Below the pieces are notes generated by a model. The model saw only the letters and a list, made by a program, of their open reading frames with translations, had not been told where the DNA came from and searched no databases. A stretch of 64,000 nt of DNA, from positions 116,808,001 to 116,872,000 of the forward strand of contig NC_086103.1 in assembly GCF_963921235.1 (NCBI RefSeq). Direction: 5' to 3'. Every line of letters begins with the position of its first letter. Position 1 is the stretch's first letter. This DNA is from Mobula hypostoma (Eukaryota). A program made the translations under genes and the position numbers. Positions 26,060-38,578 of the stretch are shown here, piece after piece.

Positions 26060-27030
26060 TTTAATCTGCCATCAATCAGAATTATCACTGACATAAGGCA
26101 TTAAATTTGTTATTTTGCAGCAGTACAGTGCAAGTGCTTTAAAAAATTTCTATAAGTTACAAAAGAAATATCAAAAAGTAGTGCGAAATAATGAGATAGT
26201 GTTTATGGGCTTCATGGACCATTCTTAAAACGAATGGTGGAGGGGAAGAAGCTGTTCCTAAAATGTTGAGTGTGTGACTTCAGGCTCCTGTACCTCCTTT
26301 ACGATGGCAGTAATAAGAGAGCATGTCCTGGGTGGTGAAGGTCCTTTATAATAGATGCCGCCATCTTGAAGCATCACCTTTTAAAGATATCCTCGAAAGT
26401 GGGATGGCTAGTGCCCATGAGGGAACTAGTTGAGACGACAATCCTCAGCAGTTTTTTCCTGATCCTGTGCATTGGCGTTTCCTTAAAAGGCAGTGATGTA
26501 ACCAGCCAGGGGGCTCTCCACAGTACATCTGTAGAAGTTTGCTAGATCTCCTAACATCTCCTAGAATCTCCTCAAATTTGCTACAATCTCCTCAAATTCC
26601 TCATGAAACATAGCTGCTGGTGTGCCTTCCTAATTGCATTAATATGTTAGGCTCAGATTAGATCTTCAGAAATGTCAACACCCAGGAACGTGAAACTGCT
26701 CATCCTTTCCACTCCTGATCCCTCGAGGAGGATTGGTGTGTGTTCCCTCAACTTCCCCTTTCTGAAGTCCTCAATCAATTCCCTCGTCTTACTGACACTG
26801 AGTGAAAGGTGGCTGTTGTGACACCACTCAACCAGCTGATCTATCTCACTCTGGTATGCCTCCTCGTCACCATCTGAAACTCTGCCAACAGCAGTGGCAT
26901 TATCAGTGACTGTTGATGGCATCTGAGCTGTGCCAAGCTACAAAGTCACGAGCCTAGGTACAGAGGCTGGAGCAGCAGGGTAAGTGGGCATTCCTGAGGT
27001 ATGCCTGTGTTGACTGTCAATGAGGAGATG
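26060..27030 (-). mobile_element. Degraded Rex1/Babar-like LINE
   Basis: DNATAVGRVSDGDEEAYQSEIDQLVEWC...LSVSKTREL...FTFLGVDISEDL. Confidence 0.75.
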
Positions 27031-27961
27031 TCAAAATTCAGGAAAAAGCAATTCAGTCTAGTTAAACTAAAATGTGGACTAATCTATTAAAACATTACTA
27101 GGTACCTCTAGCATATGTCGGAGATGAGATATACACCATTTAGCCTTTTGTGCTCACACTCCTGTTCAATGAGATCGTTGCAAATCTTATACTTAATTAA
27201 CACTTTCTCCTCTTATTCTTCATCCCTTCATTTCCGTAATATTTGAAAAATACCATTCTCTGCCTTAAACACAGTGACTGATCCTCCACAGTCCTGTCAA
27301 TTTCAAATATTCACTACTCTTTAACTGAAGAAGAGTTTCTTCTCACCTCAGTCCTGAATTGTTAACTCATCATCCCTAGTTCCAGATATCTTAGCTTGAG
27401 AGTTGCCACCTCAAAAAAAACTCTTAAGATGTTTATCAGATATAATTTCAATTCCCTAAATATTAATTCTGACAATCCTATTATTATTTTCTAATAATGG
27501 AGTCAAGCATTTTGTCTTCTACTGATAACAAACTCATTGACCTGTAGTTTCTCTTTCATATCTTTCTTAAAGAATGGGCATTCATTTGTACCTTCCAATC
27601 TATAGGAGCCATTGTAAAATGATTGGAATTTTAGAAAATGATAACAGTGTCTCCATCAATAACACCTCTTACAATGTTTTGAGATGCTTTCATCAAGTCC
27701 TGAGGAAATTTTTTAAAAATTTTTCTACAAACTACAACTGAAAACAACTTGTTTCCATGGCTTTGTGAAAAATCCTTTCACCTTGAATCATATCATGGAG
27801 CACAGCTTTCACAATTCTGCTTATTGTGGAGGAAATTCAGCAACTCCTTGTGAGTTTCATAGAGTCAGGATTCCTCTTTTGAGTTTTAAAATGTTCTGAT
27901 GTTCTAATTCCTAAACCATCACTACATGCTTCTTCATTGCTTTGGACACATCATTGCAACA

Positions 27962-28540
27962 AAATTCAAAGATCCAAAGTACATTTATTATCAAAGAATG
28001 TATAAATTATATCACCTGGAGATCTGTTTGCTCACAGGTAGCCACAGAGCAAGAAATCCAAAAGAAGCTAATTAAAGATAAAAAAAATAAAAGACCAACA
28101 CCTGATGCACAAGAGAAAGAAAAAAAACACACAAGACAAGCAAACAATGGAAGCGAACAACAATATTCCAAACCAAATTCAGTCCTCAGATCCAAACCCC
28201 GGAACAGCCTGGAGTAGGCCCAAGGCCTGACTAAACAATTCACCATATTAGCTGGCATGGAGCACAGCAGCCGGGGCAGTCTTCATAGCCTCAGTACCAT
28301 GAAGAAAGGAGTGAACAGCACGGAAAGCGAGTGAAATCGGCTCTCGCCTCAGATCCCGATACCCTATCTTTTTAGTCTATCTGCGCCAGTATTTAAATTG
28401 ACCAAACAACAGAACAGGAAAAGGCTCCAGCGCCCTGGAGAGAGGAGTGAACAGCACTGAAAGGGAGAGAAATCAGCTCTCACCTCCGATCTGGGCTGGC
28501 ATTTAAACTGTCTAAACAACAGCTCATAACTCGCACCAGG
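27962..28540 (-). mobile_element. LINE-derived 3' UTR / SINE-like remnant with an internal ~45-bp direct repeat
   Basis: Tail ttcaaagatccaaagtacatttattatcaaag; aggagtgaacagcac...ctctc(g/a)cctc repeated near 28307 and 28443. Confidence 0.45.
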
Positions 28541-29999
28541 ACCCGGCTACTGTTAAATAGCAGTAGTTGCAATAGCTGGTATTAAAAAAAATGACTTCAC
28601 GTTGATCTGCATCTTAGGCCAAAGTTTCTCCTCCAGTGGAGTCAAATGAAGTATGTGGAGTACATTGTAACATAGCTAATTTGCTAACAGCAGCTTCCTA
28701 GTAGAGAAGTGGTGTGGCCCAATTTCATCTTCATTTTACTAATTAATCTTCTCCGGAGGAAGAAATCGGTAGGAGGTGAAAGTCTGTAACTCTGAAATGT
28801 ACGCTCCCAGTTACATCAAATATAAATCACTGACATTCAACCCGACTGCCCCACCCTGCCACCTATACTCCATTTGAGCCTCTCCTGTCCTTTTCTGATG
28901 TTAGTGGTAATGAAAGAAATGCCACAAATAATTGGAGTCAGCAACATTTTAAATCCACTGATCAAGCCACTTAACTGGTATCAGAGTCAAACAATAGATT
29001 AATTTATCATTGGACAGTGGAAGTTTTTTTTCTGGAATAGTTCAGTACCAGGTTAAAAATAAACCGAGGCGACTGCTGTGCTAGATGGATTTGGTCACAT
29101 TTATGGTGCGGGTGTACCTTCACAGAATGAATCTACAATTCTGAAGGATCTGCCGAACTGTCCAGGAGAAACTCTGCAATTTACGGAGTTGATTTAGCAT
29201 TTACAATTCCACCAAACCTGCAAACTCACTGCTGGTACTTGGTACAATACAAAGACGCCAGCTTAGAAATTCTATTATACAGCAGAACATTTTCGGATTT
29301 TATACAATCAAATTTAAGCAAAAATTCTGTTGCATTTATCTTAGCATAGAAATTGAGTTAGTTGCCATTTTTGGACCATGCTGAGAGTGCAGATAACATG
29401 TAAGTACAGGGAGGCCATCAACAGCATATAGTACAGTCACTGGCAGCTAATTAACTTGGACAAGCCTATCCTGCAAATGACACAGCCCATGCATGCTGAA
29501 GTAGATCTTCACAGCACATACTTCTGTGCAAGTTAGGCCTCCCTGAAGATTTAGCCTAATATCTCATACTAACACCACCCACCTTGTTTTAAATCTCCAT
29601 ACAGCTCTACTTTTAAACCCCACGTTGATCTCTAGCACAGCCACCCCAGTCCTGAAGGCTCATCTGATGCCCAGTGTCCTATAGCATTCCTGCATCACAA
29701 CCCACCCCCTCAGATGCCTCAGACCCTATTCCCTTCCCACTCCCAATTTTCAGTTGGCGGTCTTTGAGATCATGGCTGACCTGCCCACTGCTGAGCTGGC
29801 AGGGTAGAGGACTTTGTTTATACTGGTGTGTAAAAGAATCTTTGGAACAGTGGTATTGTGTGGCTAGCTATGTAAAAATAGACGTTTTCCACCTTGACAA
29901 TCTTCTCCAATGCACGTCAGTCAAATCAAAACCATTGTAACCTCCCAAACCCAGGAATTTAGTTTTTAAGATGGTTGAACAACCAATGAGTGACTGTAC

Positions 30000-30212
30000 C
30001 TTTTTTACATGTTAACAGTGCTCCAATCAAACCTGATGAAATGTCCTTGGGAGCATCCACATGGGAATGGTAAATCCATGTTAAGCAGTTGGGATCAGCA
30101 TCTGTCGGTCTATATTGTGCCTTCACTGTCCATCTGTAAGTGTGGTTTCCCCCTGCCGGAACAGCGTTGTCCATCTTCTGCTTACCAGATGTACCATCAG
30201 GATAAAAAGCAC
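30000..30212 (-). CDS. HEPHL1: Ferroxidase exon 3
   Basis: AFYPDGTSG...CLTWIYHSHVDAPKDISSGLIGALLTCKKG; acceptor ttctttcag, donor G|GTACA; 213 nt. Confidence 0.93.
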
Positions 30213-30389
30213 CTGAAAGAAAGAAGCTCTCAAACTACAAAAACTGGAATGGTCTTAGTTAACAACCAAATGCAATCTCCGAACATAGCAAATCTTCATT
30301 AAATAAGGTGATTCTTATCTTCTGTAACTTCAAAATATTAAACTAATCCAAAGGAAAATACAGGGATCCAAAATGCAGGTCTAACTTCG

Positions 30390-31320
30390 AGTTGACATAT
30401 GCAATTCATGTATTTGTAAATATAACTCGTAATGAATTATTTAAACAAAGAATGCTTAATCAAAAAAAAATATACACACATATACATTGTGTATATACAC
30501 TTAACTGTATAAACACTATATCATGTAATACAACTGCTATGTACAGACATCCACAGCATAGTAAATTTTCCATTGTCCCATTCAGACCTAAAGATTTAAC
30601 CACTGTGGGGGATTTCTTACTCTTGTGGGATAACGTCTTTTCTGACAAGGAATTTCACTCTGCTTGGCAGGTGAGATTAGTGGCTGTGAACCAATCTCAG
30701 GTTCTGGGGCGCCCTCTGTGCTGGTTTTAGGAGTTGACTCTGGGACTGCAGAAAGTGCTTCTGACTGCTGTGGCATCACCCAGTATCTTTCTTAATTCGT
30801 TTTCGGTTGGCTACATTGCAGGCGATGTGGCATGCAAATAGTGGATGGATATCCAATCGACTTGTAGCTTTTTCAGACAATTACATCTCTACAATGCAGG
30901 GACTCATACCACATAAAAGCTCAATGCGACTTTTTAGTTGTTGTATTTCACCGTTACGAATGTCATTCCCACAGGAGTTATCTTTTCCCCAGTACAAGTT
31001 CTTAGCTGGATATCTGCAGACTTTAATTCAGTAGCTTTGAAATGCCCTTCAAACTAACTCTGAGGAATGGCTGAAACAGTATCCAATACCATTTTAATTA
31101 ATTTGCCATTCACTTTGAAATACATCCAAAATGTGAGCCTGTTTGTGTTTAGTTTAAGCAAGGCGTGCACATATCATGTGGTAGTGTGATGATGTATGCA
31201 ATTCACATATTCACACATGTAACTCGTAGTTAACTATTTAAATGATCAAGAATGCTTAATCAACCAATATACATGCACACAAGATCACTCAAACATTGCT
31301 TAAATATTAAATACACAACA
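30390..31320 (-). mobile_element. Ty3/Gypsy remnant with partial LTR copies
   Basis: Integrase-tail-like RRYPTRVRNPPQWLNL at 30588-30640; LTR-like blocks (gaatgcttaatcaa...aaatattaaatacacaaca) at about 30395-30470 and 31140-31320. Confidence 0.65.
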
Positions 31321-31989
31321 ATGATGAACAAGGAAAGATTGAAATGAAAGATGTCCCAATGGCAAAGACTGAGGATGAAAGCAGCAATTAATTAATAGTT
31401 ATTAACAGTTCATTTCACATTTTTCAACAATATTCTTTTACGTTAACGTCCAGAAGGATTAAGAATTAAGTCTCCAACAGAAAGAAGTACCATTTAGAAT
31501 TTTAAACTGTCCATTTCCATGTTACTTCACATGCATTTCTACCTCTGACATGTATGCTCTTTGGGTACAGATTAAATTTACCAAAATATAATAAATCCAA
31601 ATCAGGCGATGTTGGAAAAAATTAGTGCACATCAAATTGTAAACTACCTCTTTGCAAACTCGAGCGTCCTACAAGAGTCACAGAAATCATAAAAGAGTAT
31701 CTTTCTGTTACAGATATTAGTTGCCAATCTCACTTAAAACCACAAGACAGTTAAGAAGGTTAAGGAAGTTATACATTTTCATAACCATCTGAATGAAATG
31801 CTTAGAGATTGATCTCATGTATTGAGATACAATAAGAGCTATGCATGTACGGAATAGTACAAGGGTTGCCATCGGTCTCCTTTGCTACAGGACTTCATTA
31901 TTTCATTGAAATATGGCAGCGCACTTTAAATTTCCATGTAACTCCAAAACACAAAAATAATTGAAAAAAAAATGCAGCTGGGGATAACT

Positions 31990-33836
31990 CGTGTATGTTC
32001 AGTTTTACTTTAGTGAGGCACGCACATACGACGTAGTGATGTGATGACATATACCATTCATGTACATTTACATTCAACCCATAATGAATTATGTAAACAA
32101 CAGAATGCTTAATCAAACAATATATTTACGGTGTTACTCAAACTTTACTGAAATATTAAATACTGAACACTCCTCCCTGCTTAGCTATAATCCAAGTCAA
32201 TATAGAATTAATCATAAATATACAAATATATACACACACACACATATATATACACATATATTGAGAATATATTTATTTATATACAGTATCTATTTATGTG
32301 AAGCCCCCCCCCCCTCCAGCCAGCCTCAGGGTCGCTTCGCTCGCTGTCATCTAGGGAAACAGCCCTTGGCCCTGCCAAACTGGGTAATCAGTTTGTGTGG
32401 ATGCTATGTGATGTACCCCACACCACCAAATAACAGACAATACACCAGATACGATTAAATGATTTACAGTTTATAGATATTACTGGAACTATATAATTAA
32501 TAGAGAATAAAATATAAAAGGAAAATAAAAGGTGCCACACTTATCAAAGTTCAATCTCTTCGTGCACAAACAGTTGGAGCTCAGGACCCTTCTTCTTCAC
32601 CCTGCGACCCCTCGGACCACCTCGACCGGCCGCCTGGTACCAACAACGGTGGTCGACCAGACGCTCCACACAAGTCCGTCTCCGTGTCCTGTCCTCGCTG
32701 AACGCCCCGCTCTGGGTGCGACCCCATTAGTGGACTCATAGCACCTGGTTCATCCTCTGTCTCTCTCTCCCACCTTCTGCCCCAAAACCCCGCGCATACA
32801 ATATCTTACAGACACACCAAAAACATAACAACTATCCCAGTTGGTTCATAACATCTTTTTATCAGTACCGTGATCCAAACAAACTGCTAGCGGGAGGACT
32901 TTCTCAGCCGTTAACATAACAAAGAGGCCTTTTCAATTATAACATAACAAAGAAGCCATTTTAATTAGACTACACATGACATAAAAAAACAGAAACCCCT
33001 TACACATGAAAAGTGTGAAAACATCCAAGGTGGGTGAATACTTCTTATAGGCACATCAAACATCTTTCCTGATGAGGGAGGTCACTCTGTTTGGCAGGGG
33101 AGACTTGTGGCTGTGAAACAATCTCGGGTTCTGGGGTCTCCTCCATGGTGGTTGTAGGAGTTGACTCTGAGACTGCAGGAAGTGGTTCTGACACCTCAGG
33201 ACAATTTTCTTCTCCAACAATTGATCCACTCTTCTCAGCTGATCAATGTGTCATCTCCAGCTGCAATCTCCACTGTGTAGGAGAGCGGTCTAGTTCTGAC
33301 TTTAATCTTTCCAAGTACCCACCTTTGATCACCTCTGTAGTCCCTCACCGGGACTGCTTGTCCAGGAGTGAAACATCAAACCTCCTTGTTTGAGGAGCCC
33401 TCAATGTGCCTCAGCTGTTTGTCCTGTGTACTCCTTCTGAGATTGGGTTTGAGAAGAGCCAGTCATGAGTACAAGGGAAGACCCATGAACAGGATAGCTG
33501 GTGAGTTGTTGGTTGTGGAGAGTGCTGCAATGTGATATGCAAGGAGGAAATTGGCGAACTTCTGATTCAGTGCCAGTGTAGTGTGTTCTGCTGACACTGC
33601 TCACAGCGTCTTCTCTAGACTCTGGATAAACCATTCCACCAAGCCCAGTGTAGCAGGGTGGTATGATGCAGATGTAACATGTCTTATTCCATTCATTTTC
33701 TTTTTATGGCATGGTGGCGTAATGATGTATGCCATTCACATATAACCCGCAATGAATTATGTAAACAAAGAATGCTTAATCAAACAATATATTTACTATA
33801 TTACTCAGATATTACTGAAATATTAAATACACAACA
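31990..33836 (-). mobile_element. Second Gypsy remnant of the same family (LTR, PPT, integrase remnant)
   Basis: LTR about 31990-32169 adjoined by minus-strand PPT (ctcctccct, 32170-32178); integrase-like remnant 33010-33640; another LTR-like copy about 33650-33836. Confidence 0.65.
32297..33004 (-). mobile_element. Solo LTR-like insertion nested in the Gypsy remnant
   Basis: TG...CA termini (tgtgaagcccc ... aaaccccttaca); GC-richer than its flanks; no clear TSD. Confidence 0.5.
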
Positions 33837-34213
33837 CCAACTTTGTGAAAATAGACTGTGAGAATAGCATGCCAATGTCCCTTTTACTCTCGGTGGAACA
33901 TTAAAAACTTATTTAAGTGCAATGCATTTGTGAAATAAAGGTGAATAACATGAAGACTTACTAATTTCCAAGTAAAATTCCCTGGAAATTTGTTATAATG
34001 TTGTATAGCATCTTTTAAAAAGTCAGTTAAAATTATGTTATGATATTAATGGGAAATAACCTAGTTCAGTGCCTAAGTCAAATGTCAGTGTTTTAAGGAA
34101 CAGGAAAAAGTTCTTCCTTGTATCCCTACGATGGCTGTTGTGTACTGGGATCTCCTGGTTGGAAAAGGTGCTACATAAATGAACATTATTTCACTTTTAT
34201 GAAGCAAAATTAC

Positions 34214-34458
34214 CTTCAGAACCTTTTTCATAGAAGACTCCATGTGGATGCACAGAGTAGGGGCGAGATGCAAAGTTTTTAAAGTGAATAATAATCACAT
34301 CTTCCACTTCGGCCCTGAGCACTGGGCCTAGAAATCCCAGCCAATTAGGTTTAGGAATCTCAGTCAAGTACGTTCCATCAGTAAATTGTTTATACACAGC
34401 CTTCTTGTACAATTGCCCAATCCTGTCTGTTCCACTCTTTAGATATAGTGGTGTACGT
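34214..34458 (-). CDS. HEPHL1: Ferroxidase exon 2
   Basis: RIGQLYKKAVYKQFTD...LGFLGPVLRAEVED...SVHPHGVFYEKGSEG; acceptor ttacgtag, donor G|GTAAT; 245 nt. Confidence 0.93.
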
Positions 34459-35070
34459 CTACGTAAAAACAAAAAGAAGCATAACTTTAAAAGAAAAATT
34501 GTTAATTATGTGCATACAATCAAACCATTCATTCTTATACTGGTTGTTGAAATACTTCTCTTAAGTTGAAATTTCTCATCATCGTAAGTCAAAGAAATGA
34601 AGAGGCTGTGAAGAATTTCAAATTAGAAACCTTGAGAATTGTCTTTTTGTGTTATATCCTTAGTTTTACCTGGAACTTTACTGAAGATGAAATGCCAGCC
34701 CTGACACTCCACTGACTATAAAATAAAATGAGGTACTCAGGTTATAGGATCTAAAGGACTCCCGAGTTTGACAATCAGGCAGAGGGTTCAGTCCTGACAC
34801 TCCACTTAGTCAGCTCAAACCCTGGAATACTTAGCTCCTTGAATTAATAAGCATTTGAAAAACAGACTGGGAGCTTGCCCAAATTTTAGCACGTTTCCAG
34901 ATTCTGCAGAGACCTATGATAAGGTTGTCTACCTTTCTATAATGTCCCAGGAAGTTCTGATAGAGGGAATAAGTAGCTTCATCTCAATACCCATAAGGGT
35001 GTTGTCAATTCAAAGGAAAACTCAGGCTTGAGTTCCAATAAAAAGATTATGACCAGAAACGTATCGCATT

Positions 35071-36330
35071 TGTTATGTACCCCTAGGGTTCATATTTTCT
35101 GTGGACTGTCATTTTAAAACGTCGGGCGAATGAGACTGGGGGAGGGGGAGGGGGAGGGGGATATATGTATGGGGTTATTTGAATGTTATGATTTCTCTGC
35201 AGCTTGTTTCGAATATGCAAGGACACACAGACACACACAGACACACACAGTTAAGAGTCAAGATGGATTCGGTCCATGGAAGACACCAGTGAGTCAGTTG
35301 CTGGTTTAAAACTTTCAGTAGCTCAAAAGGGGTGAGTTGAGATCGATCCTAAGTATTGATAAATGATTCTCACAAGTTTTCTGCAACTAGAACAAGTTTG
35401 CAGAAAGAGAAGAGAGGAGAGATAGACTTGAAACAGAAGAGACCTAGTGACAAAGAGATCACTGTTTGGACTCTGAGTAGCCTGTGAGGGTGAATTTGTT
35501 TCCATTCGACAACGAAAGCGTGATTGTCACTTAGTTAATCCACAGGAGTGGGTTCTCTGGTGAGGGGAAAACCTTTATGAATACCACATATGTACTTACC
35601 CTTTGTCTGGGTATGGTAGTTCACTGAAGAAAGGTACCCCGTGGCAAATCACTGTTGGAGTTATTTTGTACGTCATGGATCTGGATAAGTGGCTATCATG
35701 TTGTGTGTTTGGGGTAACCTTGTGGAATCTACCGGTGTGTCGACCCTTACCTGGGTGGTGGTTCCCTTGAAGAGGGTCCCCTTTGTGATAAGCTACTCTT
35801 GGAGATAATGCATATGTGGATTCTGTTTGAGTATCCTGTAGCCACCATTTTGAGATGTCCCGTAGCTGAATTCGGGTGTGGTACCACTTGTGTTGAAAGC
35901 ATATTCGTTGAAGATCACTGTCGGTAATATTTTGTGTGTGGAGTGGAACAACTTTGGAGATAAAACCTACCACTATTGTTATCTTATATTGCTGTCGTGG
36001 AATCTGTGGAATATCGACGTAATTGCCTTCTCACAACATTCGCCTGTGGATTACAAACATCTTGCACTAATTAACCTGTGCATCTGAACTGAAGTTTTCT
36101 TACCTACCATCGTAAGACTATATCACTTACCACCTAAGCTTGAAGAAGTTTGGGTTTTATATTTCCACACCTATATATGCATAAACTTTGCTAACCTGTT
36201 TGATTTATCTAGTTTTATATTACTGCATTGTGTAGTGACGAATAAAAATAGTGTTAGTAAACGGCAAAACCAGACTCCAGGTGTGTTCCATTTCTGCTGG
36301 TTCTTTTAACCCATCATGGGGTACGTAACA
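35071..36330 (+). mobile_element. Solo LTR, 1260 bp
   Basis: Inverted termini TGTTATGTACCCC / GGGGTACGTAACA (12/13), exact 4-bp TSD CATT on both sides, AATAAA at 36241. Confidence 0.85.
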
Positions 36331-36502
36331 CATTCCTTTCTCCAGAGTGCCTGATAACATGCCACAGCAACACCATCCGTATGGTTCTTGCCCTCACCTC
36401 CTTCACTATCCAATTACATCAATAAGCAGCGGAAACGTCAGTCCTGAAAAGTACTGTGAAAGTAGGGAGCGATCAAAGGGATCTAGCATGTGCGAAAGAC
36501 TG

Positions 36503-36538
36503 AGTCCTGATGAAGGGTCTCAGACCGAAATGTCGACT
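36503..36538 (+). ncRNA. Minimal type-I hammerhead ribozyme motif (Penelope-type), copy A
   Basis: AGTC-CTGATGA-agggtctcagacc-GAAA-TGTC^GACT; stem I agtc/gact; C-to-T change in the stem III palindrome. Confidence 0.7.
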
Positions 36539-37054
36539 GTTTACTCCTCTCTATAGATGCTGTCTGACCTGCTGAGTTCCTCCAGCATTTTGTGAGTGTT
36601 GCAAAGGATTCTAGGTCAGGAACCAAAGGGGAGGTAATGTTTTTAATTATCATGCTTCATTTTAACGCGTTCAATGATTTCCATGAGCTGCTATTTGTTT
36701 TAAATACATTTCTGGAGCTCATTCCGAGCATGCAGCTCTTCCCTTCCTCTTACACACCATGCTGCAGTGTCATTCTTTTCTCAGGCTTCAGATAAGAACA
36801 ATTGTCAGGGCCAATGCAATTAGAGATTGATCTGTATATTTTAGAGAAGGCTTGCAAATGAATATCCTTAACACATCACATAAAGTTGCAGTCTGGAGGA
36901 GATACTGCTTGGGAAATTCTTATGCCCCAGTTCAAACCGTCTCTCTGACACCATATACTTAGCTTATGTAACAAATTTATTAATACTTATTGTAAGTCAA
37001 TACAAAATGTTTTACATATTGAAAGGATTCTTTACAAAATATCTATAGGAAGTA

Positions 37055-37190
37055 ATAAACATGAGAAAATCTGCAGATGCTGGAAATCCAGAGCAACACG
37101 CACAAAATGCTGGAGGAACTCTGCAGGCCAGGCTTCATCTATGGAAATGAATAAACAGTCGACGTTTTGGGCTGAAACCCTTCCTCAGGC
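37055..37190 (-). mobile_element. Penelope-derived mini-insertion with a core-mutated hammerhead motif
   Basis: Minus strand reads CTGAGGA-agggtttcagccc-AAAA-CGTC-gactg (GAAA changed to AAAA) plus tail; TSD-like ctataggaagta / ctacagtaagta. Confidence 0.7.
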
Positions 37191-37390
37191 CTACAGTAAG
37201 TACTTGAGATCAAACTCAAACAGAATACAGCATTTTCTCCATTTCATTTAATTAGCACATTTTAAAAGTATTTCCCAGACTCAAACAGAAATTGAAGTCT
37301 GACCCTGGGAAGCAGAGGAAATGTCAGTCCTGAAAAGTACTGTGAAAGTAGGGAGCGATCAAAGGGTTCTAGGATGTGCGAAAGACCGCA

Positions 37391-37426
37391 AGTCCTGATG
37401 AAGGGTCTCAGACCGAAATGTCGACT
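37391..37426 (+). ncRNA. Minimal hammerhead ribozyme motif, copy B
   Basis: Core identical to copy A; host mini-element 37374-37489 is flanked by caaagggttctagg / caaaggattctagg. Confidence 0.7.
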
Positions 37427-38448
37427 GTTTACTCCTCTCTACGGATGCTGTCCGACCAGCTGAGTTCCTCCAGCGTTTTGTGAGTGTTGCAAAGGATTCT
37501 AGGTCAGGAACCAAACGGGAGGTACCTTACGATGTTTTTAATTATCATGCTTCATTTTAATGCTTTCAATAATTTCCATGAGCTGCTATTTGTTTTAAAT
37601 TAACTTTTTATTGCAAGCTTTTAAAATTATTTTCTTCACTTTTAATAGTTTTTAATTATTTCTGGAAGTCAAAGATTTATATAAGTTCCAAATTCATGAT
37701 AGCCTCAGCAGCAGGCAAGTCACAACTCCACTGTTGTTCCGGAAATGCCAGAGGGCACTTTAAGAGTTGGGGCTGGGCATTTCACCATCCAAGGCCTGAC
37801 TACTGACTTGAAGGTGCCAAGGCTCAGTAAGATCAGTCCTCCACATCCAGTACAGGTGGAAATCCCAGGGCCAACAGAATGCAAACATAACCCACTCTCA
37901 TGGCATCAACAGAACATACTGGACGCCATGAATGGAGCAGTTGCACGGGGCGCCGGAGTTTGAAGTTCGATTCTGACATCATCTGTAAGGAGCTTGTACG
38001 TCCTCCTCGTGAATGTGAGGATTTCCTCTGGGTGCTCCAGTTTCCACCCACAGTCCGAAGAAGTACCGGTTAGTAGGTTAATTGCTCGTGATAATTTGTC
38101 CCATGATTAGGCTAGGGTTAAATCAGTGAGATGCTCATCGAAGGGCCTATTCTGTGCTGTATCTCTAATCAAATAATCCTTTTTAATCAACTGAGTGATA
38201 CTTGTCTAATAACTTAGTAGAATTTTGTTAATACTTTGCCTTCTTGCCTAGGGCAGATGTTTAATTAGATCCTTTTTAGTGCATCTTTCTGCATTCAAGA
38301 CATGTAGAGAATGCCTGTAAACTGCTGGAATACTACTCATGGTTTAATTGTGCCACAGAATTTCCCCCTATTTAACAATAATTCTGTTTATAGCAACATG
38401 TACAAAAGGTGCACTTCCCGACTGGCCAGAAGAGGATCAGAACAAACT

Positions 38449-38578
38449 CAACAGTTGATGGGCACATTAGAACTGATTCAACAGTTGATGGGCACATTAG
38501 AACTGATTCAACAGTTGATGGGCACATTAGAACTGATTCAACAGTTGATGGCACTTTAGAACTGATGCAACAGTTGAC
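38449..38578. repeat. Minisatellite, 30-bp unit x~4
   Basis: caacagttgatgggcacattagaactgatt repeated. Confidence 0.9.

Larger units (their letters stand above)
36424..37600 (+). repeat. Pair of ~285-bp direct repeats (36424-36705 and 37310-37600), each containing a hammerhead motif
   Basis: Alignable from aagcag(c/a)ggaaa(c/t)gtcagtcctgaaaag to gctatttgttttaaat with few differences. Confidence 0.9.

Noticed and set aside
36432-36463. Second hammerhead-like string (gaaacgtc agtc ctgaaaa gtactgt gaaa gt) in the direct repeat
   Set aside because: CUGANGA is broken, stem II cannot form and no stem I partner follows
38449-38578. CRISPR-like arrays (also 2169-2338 and 16961-17044)
   Set aside because: Head-to-tail units with no unique spacers, eukaryotic context, no cas genes
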